From Minutocellus sp. GHC0000111 (Eukaryota): a DNA stretch of 64,000 nt. This document shows, piece after piece, positions 37,992 through 48,241 of the stretch. The notes beneath the pieces are model-generated. The model searched no databases and was not told the origin of the DNA. It saw only the letters and a program-made list of their open reading frames with translations. The DNA lies in NCBI GenBank assembly GCA_977018835.1, contig OZ361260.1, positions 3,844,001 through 3,908,000 of the forward strand, in the 5' to 3' direction. The position numbers and the translations under genes were made by a program. Position 1 is the first letter of the stretch. Each line of letters begins with the position of its first letter.

Positions 37992-40271
37992 ATGACGCGT
38001 TGGGTGTCGATGTCGACTTTGATGGCGACGCTTGTGGCCGTGACGGCCTGTCTCATCATCGTCGGTTCAACCCTGGTCGGGCCTGCAACGTCGGCTTCGT
38101 CTTCGTCGGCGGCGGCGGCAGTCAACACCACGACGGCGGAAGACCCCAGCCTCATCCCCATGAGCGAGATTGTCAGCGTCGTCATCCGAGGCGTCGGCGA
38201 TGACAGCATCGTCCGTCCCCTCACCAGGCGTACCAACCAAACCTACGTTTCCTTTGCCCACATGGGCGCCCACCGCGGCACCTCCCTCCCGCTCGGTGAG
38301 CTTCTCAAGGCGTCCTTCGTCGACCTTCCCCTGCTGGGAACGGACGAGGCGAGGATGGATCCCGTCTGGTGCACCATCCTGAGGAGGAGGAAATTCCTCC
38401 CTGACAAGGCACTGTTCACCGCCGACGTGACGCTGCGTCACTCCCACGAGTGGAGCGATCGCAACGGCAACGGCATCGTCGACGAGGACGAACTTGTGCT
38501 GGCGTATTGAGAGACATGAAGGGACAAGATACGGGGGCCAAGATTGAACTGAAAATGTTCCTGACGGAAAACGTCCGAGCTACCGTGGAGGGCACCAAGG
38601 TCGATGCGCCCGGGAAGGTGGATGTATACTACAAAATGTTCACCGCCGCGTTTCCGTTGACGGTCAAGAGGTTCTTTGTGGGCAAAAGCACGGAGAAATT
38701 CAAGAAGCCGATCGGTGAGTTGCATCATTTCTCGCGTTTTATAAGCTGCAGAGTACTCTAGCAACGTAGCTATGATGTGGTGTGTGCGGACGACGGTGAG
38801 AAACAAGCCCAAAAGCCCATATCATGTGTATCTAATGTTGACACTGCAATATTTTCCCCCTTTCCTCATTCTAGACGCCGCCGACCCAAACATGAAGATG
38901 GTTTCACTGCTGGAGGGAAGTATTACATACCCAGTAAAGGATGAGTTCGAGGATCCACTTCGCGAGGTAATCGCGGTACGCTTCCTCAACTGGATCCTTC
39001 CCTTCACTTCCAAGAATAACAAGGTACACGATCGCGCCGCTCTACGCAACGACATTCGTCACGGCCTAAAAGACAATGTCAAGCAGCCCTGGGAGGGTAG
39101 GTGGCACCAGCTGCTCTCCGACCGCAGCATGACCCGCCTCTTCTTCTACCACCAGGGTCACTTCAAGACCCGCGCCATCCGTGAGGAGGATCATTACCCG
39201 AGCATCGACGGAGTACAGATCGCGTACGTTGCTGATCTGACTTTCTTCAAGCCTATGAAGTACCGAGACGATCTCGACAACCTCGGATGCAAAGTTTTCT
39301 TCGACGACGATAAGAACATACGCTTCATCGAGAATACGGATGGTAGTATCATCTTCCCCGACACGCCAAGGTGGGAGCACGCGAAGCAGAAGGCAAGGAG
39401 TGCTCTCTTTACGGAGGTTGCGTTGGAGCACCTGAACCACTACCATTTGACTTGGGGCAACGTTCCCAGCCAGGCTCTTCGGATGTTCCTTCCCCCGACC
39501 AATCCTCCGAGGATCGCCCTTACAGCTCACTTCTTCCGGACGCACCAGACATGTCTGCAGGCGAGGGACTTCCTTGTGAATAAACGCGGCCCTTTGGGCC
39601 GGGCGTTGCCATTCGATTATGAGGATGGATGGAAGAAGGCGCTTGTTGGGATGATGGAGAACTTCCGCTTTAAGTTCTGGCCTGATGAGATCGAAGACCG
39701 GGGCATTAACTTTACAGTTGGGGCAACAGATGCATTTGGCCTACACACGGTTATGACCAGGTATGCCTCTGGACTCGTCGATGAGGCATACCCAGACCTC
39801 TCCACCTTCGAGGAAGATACCGACCTTCAGAGGTCGTACGAGTACCTGGTCGAGAAACACCCTGGGGTGCCTGAGGAGTATACAATGGGCAATGTCAAGA
39901 GAGTGTGGGGAGAGATCCTATTCCGTGTGACGGGAGGACACTCGAGCGTTGGAAACGCGGCCACCGCGGCGATTGAGCCCTTCTTTGTTAACTTTCGGCA
40001 GACTACAAACGATGATTGGAGCATTGTGGAAGGATCAAGAGAGGTAATTTACGTGGTCTCGGTCATCACGGGACTCACGATGCCGAACGAATACCCCAGC
40101 CTCGCCCAGAACTGGAAGCAGGTGCTCCATGATGAGGACAGTGCGGCATACTCCCAACTGCAAGTCGACCTTGCTCAATTGGGCGATGAGATCGACGAGC
40201 GGAACAATGAGCGGGAGTTTGTGAATGTTGATTTCCACCCAGAGGTTGCTGCTATATCGATCTTCTCTTAA
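37992..40271 (+). CDS. LOX: Divergent lipoxygenase with N-terminal signal/anchor and EF-hand-like loop; intron 38715-38874; frameshift near 38503
   Basis: WEHAKQKARS, EHLNHYHL (two metal-binding His), LPPTNPPRIALTAHF, TGGHSSVGN (third His), IDERN..R and C-terminal ISIFS. Confidence 0.8.
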
Positions 40272-40473
40272 CTTCATTTTATACTGCAATGTGTACAGTT
40301 TTACCAGGGTTGCTTTATAATAATCGGTCGGGAAGGAAGAGCTACGACATACACACGTACGCGCGCAGCAAATGGGTGACTACAAATGGAAGACTAGCTT
40401 CTTGAGAAATTGAGGGCCGGTACCAGTAAAAAGTGTAGACCCAACAACATCGCTAATGCCGAGCGTGTGTATA

Positions 40474-40925
40474 CCGTAGTTTAAACAATATAACCTTTTA
40501 AAAATTAAAGCATTTGGGCTCCTCTTGACTCAAGTTTAAACATTAAAGCATTTGAGAAGTTGCTAGTTTAAAAATTAACCTGCTCATCTGGGGGGTGGTG
40601 GGAAGATTCAATCAACTCGGTGCTGTCAAATTTGACAAGAAGATCGTCACCTACGTTAACAGCAGGGGTAAAGGATACAAGGAGGATTTTGATTTTGATA
40701 AATTGGAGGCGGCAATTGAGCTGTACAAGGAGCACGAGGAGGAGGACAAGTAATACCGGCACCACACCGGCAGTGCAGTGCTACCGGTAATGCCTGCTAC
40801 CAGTACAACAAGATTAGTTTAAGAATTAAAATTTAAAAGTTAAAGCATTTGAGCTCCTCCTAGTTTAAACAATAATTTGCCCTTCTGGCGAATTTTAAAA
40901 TGTTACATTGTTGTTTAAACTACGG
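40474..40925. mobile_element. 452-bp MITE with perfect 15-bp TIRs and TA target duplication (pogo/Tc2-like)
   Basis: TA|CCGTAGTTTAAACAA (40474-40488) ... TTGTTTAAACTACGG|TA (40911-40925), plus internal direct repeats AGTTTAAAC and TTAAAGCATTTG. Confidence 0.9.
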
Positions 40926-41597
40926 TACCGAAACACAGAGTCTAGATCTAGTGCCGGTAACTAATTGCTACTCCAAACATCTCTCCCGTTGATGATGTCT
41001 CCATGCCTACATACTGGTAGCTACTGATGCTGTCGAACTCGTCATGGGTCAACATTCACGTGCATTTCCCACCCAATGGGGCTCATGCATTCTTGAGACT
41101 GACTGACTCCGCTCCATCAACGTACCGGTACGTACGGTATTTCCCACGTACGGCATAGGCATGCCTGTGCACCTGTCTCATCTTCTGCGCAGCGGTTTGA
41201 AGGCAAATCTTGCGCCATCTGGACCCATAACCTGTGTCATAACCCGTTGGATTTGCCTTCAATCGATGCCTCAAAAATGGCGACGACACCTTGCAGCCGT
41301 CGGGTAAGCTAAACATTCGCCATCCTGTCTTTCCGTCGTCTTATTACGTAGTTGCCTATACCGGCAGCTCTATACTATGCAGTACATCACATTGGAATTC
41401 CTAATAAGCATGTTTACATATGTTGTACCGGCACCGAATGTGTGTTCCCACACACACACATGTGCACCGGTACCACCAATGAATGGTGGTACAACACACC
41501 AACGATCCACAGCTAGCTACAGTACCGGTAGTAGATCTAACATGTGCATTAAAAAGTGTAGGACTGACCGCATTATATTACATGTATATTATTGCTG

Positions 41598-41810
41598 GAC
41601 GTCCTCAGGCAACTGAGCTTGGATGTTAGGCGGTGGTGTGCCGGACTAGGCGAAAGCAAGAACGGAGCTCCAGTGTCCCGGCAACGGTCCGCAGTACGAG
41701 GGTACGGTGATAGGGTACCACACATTAAGCGAAGCTTCTTGGCTGGCGCGGAGGCCTTTGTGCGCCCTTGGATTGATTCCTAAATAAGGTTAACCATAGA
41801 ATAGAATAGA
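41598..41810 (+). mobile_element. 213-bp non-LTR retroposed insert (SINE or 5'-truncated LINE end) with 16-bp TSD and (ATAGA)3 tail
   Basis: ATGTATATTATTGCTG at 41582-41597 and again at 41811-41826. The insert ends ...TAACC ATAGA ATAGA ATAGA. Confidence 0.85.
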
Positions 41811-42679
41811 ATGTATATTATTGCTGTGCATGTGTCTACCGGTACTCGCTCTTGCTCTTGCTCTCAGTACTGCTGTGTGTAATAAAACCGAACAAACTGC
41901 GTACACATATGAGCTTCGACGGTGCTTTTCTCTGCCCACTGCTGCTGTGACATTATGTCCTCGCTACTACCACTGGCTTCGTTTCGTCTAATAGAGCAGG
42001 AGACACCGAGGTCAAGGAAGAGGCGGATGAAGCAGAGGGACTGGATCCCTTATGGCCGCAAGCTTCGCCTCCAGCTCCAGTCGCCAGATCTCACCATGCC
42101 CCACTCGCATTGTTTGCGACGGGCCTTGTCAGGAGCTCTCTCCATTGAAGCAGCCATGTCATTGACCTCTCCTGCTTTTCAACCAATTTTCAGCGTCGTC
42201 TGCCAAAGCCTCCGATCCGGTGAGGACGACTATGTTTCATCCTCACGAAGGGTGAGAACGATTTCGCGAACGCACTCCTCGGCGGACTTCGACAATCGGC
42301 CAATAATACCAGCGTCTGCATCTACGAAGGGAACGCCGCAGAGGTCGTCGTCCGCAGGAAGTTTCGTCACCTCCATGTTGGGCAATAATAAGTGAGCACC
42401 CAAACCGACTGACGCAAGCCATTCGTAATTCGATGTCACGCAAGATGCGACGTTGGCAGGGGACGGATCCTCGGTGAATTCGAGTTTGGCTGCCGGATAG
42501 CGACGTCGCTATATTCGCCGGATTTGCCTACGTCGCTATCCTGAAATGGGTCCAGAAGCGGATAGCGACGTTTTGCCTCTTCGCCGCTGCAAGGGCGAAA
42601 TAAGCTAAAAAACATTTTTTACTTTTAGCGCAGAAATAGCGCAAACCGCTGCGCATGGCCTTAGAGTAGACACAGGAAC

Positions 42680-43709
42680 ATGGTCGGTCCATCTGCTTCA
42701 GCAGCGGCGTCGGCCGGCACGGTTATCCGGCACTTTATCTTTGGGTACGGCTCCTTGATCTGTCCATTATCGCGCTCCATCACCGCCCCCTCCTTGGCCG
42801 GCGTTCCCGCCACACCCGCCATCGTCTACAACCTGCAGCGCACTTGGTCCAGCATCGATGGACCCAAACATCATCTCGAAGGCTTTACGGCCATGGGCGT
42901 GCGGTTCCGTCAGGGGCACAAGTGCAGCGGCGTCCTCATTGAGGTGGATGAGGAGGAGCTGGCTCAATTCGATGTGAGGGAGACGGGGTACGATCGCAAA
43001 CTGATTGAATTGGAACACATTCATAAAATACCTGCCTTGGGGTTCGAGTTGGAGGATGAGGATCATGTGGTGTTTCGCAGAGGTGAATTGGCAAGGCTTC
43101 GAAGAAGTATTAGTTTGGTGATGGCGGCGATATCGATGAAGATCGTGACGATGGTCTGAATTTTGACCACGATATTGTTAGTGACGTCGAAACAAATGAC
43201 AAGGAGGCCGCTGTAGCAGAAGATCAAGATGCCTTTCTGGACACAACGCTGGATGTGGCCGAAGATGACGACGTGAGAGTTTGGGTTTATCTGCAGAGAG
43301 AACACAAAGCTGCGGACAAGCGATATCCAATTCACCAATCGTATGTCGATATTATACTGCGAGGGTGTTTGTCCATAAGTGAAGGGTTTGCACGGTCCTT
43401 TCTTGATACGACACATGGTTGGCATCACGACGGGGATGGCGGAGACATTTGCCGGGAGGAGACCAAGGATGGTGAATCGCTCGGCATATGTGCAAGTGAT
43501 GTCAAGAAAGAAGAAGTAGATGATGACCACCACAGTTGGATCGAGGACAGACATTTGCCCTTGTATGTGCGTGCCGATAAAAAGTATTCGTCTTCCTTTG
43601 GCCACAAGATTGACGAGCTTGTCCGCGATCATCATCCCGAGGCATTGGAGAAGAGGCGACGTCTTTCTGTGGAAGAGGATAAAGACGAAGAGGATGATAA
43701 ATTGTCTAA
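42680..43709 (+). CDS. Gamma-glutamylcyclotransferase (GGCT/ChaC-like fold) protein, frameshifted at 43114-43116
   Basis: FIFGYGSLI, FDVRETGYDR, VWVY and PIHQSYVDIILRGCL. One added T in AGT TT[T] GGT joins ORFs 42680 and 43255. The 3' end is uncertain, with a second likely slip near 43700. Confidence 0.8.
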
Positions 43710-43746
43710 TAGTTTGCATACGCTGGTATTTGTTTTTTATTTTAAT

Positions 43747-44895
43747 TTATTGCCCCTCATTTTTCTCTTGCAACTTGGCAACCTTGCGAAAACTGGCGGA
43801 ATCGTAAAGAGGCAATCCCGCTTCCCATACCAGCTGTCGCAGAGGTCCCATCTTTCCAACGGCAATGTTGGCCAACGTCGGAAGATGCTGCGCCAAATAC
43901 GCAAATCCCAACGTGGGCTGTCGCATAATCAGCGTCTCAAAGAACAGATCCTTTGGACCGGTCATGCTGGCAAGTATGAGCTCGGCACATCGTCTCGCGG
44001 GCATCTTGCTTTTGTACGATCCTGCTTCCGAGGGGTTATTGGAAATCTTGCTGTCGCCTTGCTTTGCTTTTTTGTTTCTTCTCCATAGTCCACCCTTGTT
44101 ATTATTGTTTGCCTCTGTTGACTTGGATCTTGCGCCGAACGGTGTATCAATCGGCCCCGGCATCGGCAGGTCCACCCGCAGCCAATCGTTCTCACTCCGC
44201 AACGTACCAAAGTATCCCTGCACGGCGTGCTTGGCGGCGGCATACGAGCTCGACAACGGTCCGGGCATCTTCCCCAACACGCTGGACGTTACGACGACGT
44301 GTCCCCTCCGTCGTTCCGACCACCCATTCCGCTCCAGGACCAACCGACACAACCGGACGGGTCCGTGGAAGTTCACCTCCATCAGATCGCGAATTATCTC
44401 GTGCCGCGTTTGGAGGGCCGGCAATAGCTGTCCCTGGCCGGCGTTGAGAACGAGCACGTCGATGGTACCGCCCGGCAGGGCCGCGGCGGCAGCATCGATG
44501 GCGCGAGTGAGTACCCGATCCGGTGCGGTCAGGTCGAGCGGTAGAGGTTGGATGATTTGCGGCTCCTGCTTCCGTTGTTGCGATGAGACATTGACATTCG
44601 ACCTGCACCGCTCCACGACGCTGTGCAACCGTCGCCGGTCTCGCCCCGTCACAATGACGTTGGCGCCATGACCGGACAGCAATTCGGCCAGCTCGGCACC
44701 AATCCCCGAGGAGCCGCCGACCAGCAGGACATTGCGCCGATGCCATGTTTGGTGTAATTTGCGTTCGGTCAGGAGCAGGGTGGAATACACGTACAGCGAG
44801 GGGTTGGCATCGATGATGGTGGAGAGAAGCGCGGTTAGGATGGTCGTCAGCGTGACGGCGGTCGCCGCCGCTACTGCTGGGAGAGGGGCCGCCAT
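43747..44895 (-). CDS. Short-chain dehydrogenase/reductase (DHRS7-like) with N-terminal anchor
   Basis: GGSSGIG, LNAG, VNFHG, TSS, YAAAK and PGPIDT. Confidence 0.92.
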   Translation of the reverse strand: MAAPLPAVAAATAVTLTTILTALLSTIIDANPSLYVYSTLLLTERKLHQTWHRRNVLLVGGSSGIGAELAELLSGHGANVIVTGRDRRRLHSVVERCRSNVNVSSQQRKQEPQIIQPLPLDLTAPDRVLTRAIDAAAAALPGGTIDVLVLNAGQGQLLPALQTRHEIIRDLMEVNFHGPVRLCRLVLERNGWSERRRGHVVVTSSVLGKMPGPLSSSYAAAKHAVQGYFGTLRSENDWLRVDLPMPGPIDTPFGARSKSTEANNNNKGGLWRRNKKAKQGDSKISNNPSEAGSYKSKMPARRCAELILASMTGPKDLFFETLIMRQPTLGFAYLAQHLPTLANIAVGKMGPLRQLVWEAGLPLYDSASFRKVAKLQEKNEGQ

Positions 44896-45347
44896 CTTAC
44901 TTGCTGCACCCGCGCGATGCGATGTGTGGCGTGCGTATCAACCTCCTCAACGCTCCGGGTTACTTGGAAATCGGTAGACAAAATTTCCCCTCGGCACGAC
45001 CATGAAGGCATCCATCGCGGTAACGGACCTATTGCTTATGTTGTTGTCAATATCTCACAAACACCAGCGATCTTCCCGTCAACATTTCCGCTGTATTGAA
45101 ACAATATCATTGCCCATCCCCTGCATTGTTTGCCTCTTTGCGGCGGTGCCTGTGGAAAGAGGCACATCTTCATTTATGCGCCTCATTTTTTGTGTTGCCG
45201 AAATCGCTCCGGGGCAATAAGTATTACTTATTGGTTGTCTCTCTGTACATCGTCTGCCCGCGCTTAGCTGTTGACACTCCGGCGCTGGTACAGCGAGCCA
45301 CGCTGGTCACTGCTGCGCGTATCGTTTGATTTGTCGGACCACTGAAC

Positions 45348-46488
45348 ATGGGTATCTCTGGACTATACCAAGAGGTCATCGAGCGGCCAGAATTTGATTT
45401 GATCGACGACGCACCAACACAAAACATCCAACACAAAACATATCGGAACTCCGAGGGAAGTCAATCGCCATCGACGCCTCCATTTTGATTTATCACTTCC
45501 TCTTCCACGCTAATTCAGCCCGGCGATTCCATGCATCCCCCAAAGTTCCAGTAAGACACGTTGTGAAAAAGATAATTTCGTGGCACAAAAATCACATCAC
45601 CGCCAATGGCATCGTCGCGATATGGGTGTTCGATGGACTCAGGCATCCCATGAAAAAGCGCACCGATGACAAGCGCGCCAAATTGAGAGAAGCTGATGAG
45701 CAAAAGCTATTGAAATTGTACCAGTCCGAGCAAGAATCTGATGCAAGTGACGTGATGAGCTTGTGGAAACGGCTCGTCTACCCAAGGGGAGACATTATTC
45801 ATGATCTTGCCAAGGCTTTTGACAAGAATGACATCGCATATCTCCAAGCGCCGTTCGAGGGAGAGGCCCAGTGCGTTGCTCTACAGTTGCAAGGGCATGT
45901 GGTCTACACGCTCTCAGAAGATGGTGACACATATGCTCTCGGCAGTCCGGCCTAGATTACCAACTACAACTTTAGCTCTGGCGACTTGTGTTTGCTGATG
46001 GCTGATGAAATCGAGGAGCGCGAGAGTGCCGGTGCAGGACGTTGGAAGGGGCATAGAAGTGCGATCCCTGCCTTTCGTGGATGTGACTATATCGTGAAGC
46101 CTTATCGTCTCAAATTCAAGGAGACTATGGATGGATATGTGTCGAGTGGCAACAAGAAAGAGTATCTCAAAGATATTGAAAAGAACAACAAATGGCCGCC
46201 GAAAGCCCATGGAGAGGAGGATGGATTACAGCCCGCCGTCGGTTATGCAAAGGAGGCAGAGCATACAATAAACATGTTTGAATACCATCCAGTCTGGAAA
46301 ATTATGCCAAAGGATGGAGGATCGGTCGATGTGTCAAGTACTTTTCTGACTATGCCAAAACTAAATCAGATAACATCAAGAAGAGAGAAAAGGAGAGAGC
46401 AGCACGGGCAAAATCGAGGAAGAACGCCGAGGAGGCCGAGCTGAAGCGCCGAGCAGGCACTGAAGCCAATGAGGACAGTGCTAGCTAG
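45348..46488 (+). pseudogene. EXO1/XPG/FEN1-family (PIN-fold) 5' nuclease, disrupted; probably transposon cargo
   Basis: MGISGL, ELRGKSIAIDAS, WVFDG, APFEGEAQ, SEDGD, GCDY and MFEYHPV. Disrupted by a 14-bp duplication (45414-45441), an in-frame TAG (45953-45955) and a frame change near 46338. Confidence 0.85.
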
Positions 46489-46618
46489 CGCAAAATATAC
46501 GCATTTACATGTATTAGAAGTAGATGCACACACAGTATTAGTGTGATTTGTGCTTGTGTGATTTTACATGCACGAATAAAACGCAGTCTCAAAAATAATT
46601 GTCAGCCTTTGTAGCGAG

Positions 46619-48241
46619 CTAGTACGGATCTACAGCAAGCTTCATGTTCTCGGGATCTTCCGTTGCCCAAAGCTCAATGAGCCGTGTCTCCGGACATCGA
46701 GCAAAGTACAGGCCGGTGTGTTCAAATACGAGGCCCATCGGCGAAGACCAAGTCATGACAAGGCCGCCACTATTATCCGTTTTATCACTGTACATGAGTC
46801 TGTTCAAGGCGCTGTTGACGTTGATATTGTCGGTCATAAACACTTTGCCATCAACAATCGCTCCAACTCGTTGATATTTTTCTCCTTTCTCCTCATACTC
46901 CTTCGGCAAGGATTTCTCGGCATAGTTTTTGATTTCTCCATCAGGCACTGATATTTGAGAGTGTGGCAAATTCTTTTCCCTCGCAACTTCTACAGAAACA
47001 TAATCCAGCATAAAGTCCCGATCCAAAATAGACATAAAGAGACCAATCCTTCCAAGTTTCGGCATCCACTTCTGAAATATCCGAGTCGCCCATCCCTCTG
47101 ATGTTCGCCCCCAAATAGATCCCAGTGTCTTGACATCATATGCCCGGTGGGAACGCATCAGACAGACAAGCACCTCCTCATACTCAGTAAGGGTCTGACC
47201 ATCAGTGCCCCCGACGGGGTCTAGGTCAGGGAACCATACCTCTGTCACATACGCTCTCACATGAGAGTATGCGGAGCCCAACTTTTCGTCTCCAAGCCCA
47301 AAAAAATGCCTTGCATACCGAGGATTATTTTCATGCCATGTCTCCGATGTAAGGTTGCGGCGAGAGAGACCACCTCTTTTGATTATGTCGCCCAATTCTT
47401 GCTCGAGCTCCAGTGATTTCAAAATTTTTGCCTCTTGGGCTCGAAGTTGAACGGTCAGGCGGTCCGTCCTCCTCTCTGCCATGCTAAGCATATCCCTTGT
47501 CAGTTGAAACTCATTACGAAGGTTGACTATTGACATGCTGATAGAGAGCGAGTCGGTCGATTCGACCCACCGCTGGGTTTTCTGAATTTCGCGCACATAA
47601 GGCGGAGGACGACGGTGGCTAGAAGTCGAACCATCTTCGTCACTTCCAGACTCCTCATCTTCAAGATAGTATGACACAGGATCGGCCGCAGCTCTTGCAG
47701 AATCAGAATCTCGCTTCCAATGAGCGTAGTTTGGCGCAGCAAAGTATGTGTTAGTGCCGCCGGCTGTGCTTTTGATGTCGCTTCTATGAAGGCCAATTGT
47801 CGACGCAGTATCATGATCTATCTCGCTCAAGGGACCCATGTTTTTGCTCTGCAATACAGATGGATGGTAATGCCAGAAACCCACATACTTGTGATCATCA
47901 GGCCCCTTAATAATAGGGGCGGCAGTAGACGCGCCACGAAGGTGATGGTATGCATTAGCGCGTTGCCTCGCGGCTTCCATGCCAGCTGGTCCTTTGCCAG
48001 ATGCCGAGGACAGACGATGGTATCCGCACCTCTTGTTGTCGCCAATATCAACAAAATTGCGGAAGGCCTGGCCGCACTCTTTTGGATTGGGGCATATGCA
48101 ATATCTCTTCAGCACTCCTTTGTAGTAGTTTTTCTGGTCGTTCCGATGCTTTTTGCTGGGACTTGGGGCCGACGAATCAGTTGATGGTGTTCTACTATCG
48201 GCACCTGCAGAAGCACCGGACCTCTTTTTGCTACAATCCAT
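46619..48241 (-). mobile_element. ISL2EU/PIF-Harbinger-like transposase (THAP-like Zn finger, coiled coil, HTH_Tnp_4-like, N-terminal half of the DDE domain)
   Basis: CICPNPKEC..WHY; EEVLVCLMR...TLGSIWG...ATRIFQKWMPKL; GAIVDG...MYSDKT...WSSPMG...LYFARCPE. The ORF ends before the expected ADKGF-type and terminal Glu motifs. Confidence 0.75.

Noticed and set aside
41598..41810. tRNA, hammerhead ribozyme or group II intron identity for the structured insert
   Set aside because: No cloverleaf or T-loop, no CTGANGA core and no domain V could be identified by eye.
41186..42655. 14-bp inverted match TGCGCAGCGGTTTG / CAAACCGCTGCGCA as TIRs
   Set aside because: The match does not extend to a shared terminus and there is no TSD, so it could be chance.
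43710..44088. GGCT C-terminal extension overlapping the SDR gene
   Set aside because: It reads through AT-rich UTR-like sequence and antisense SDR. A one-base slip near 43700 hiding TAA at 43707 explains it better.
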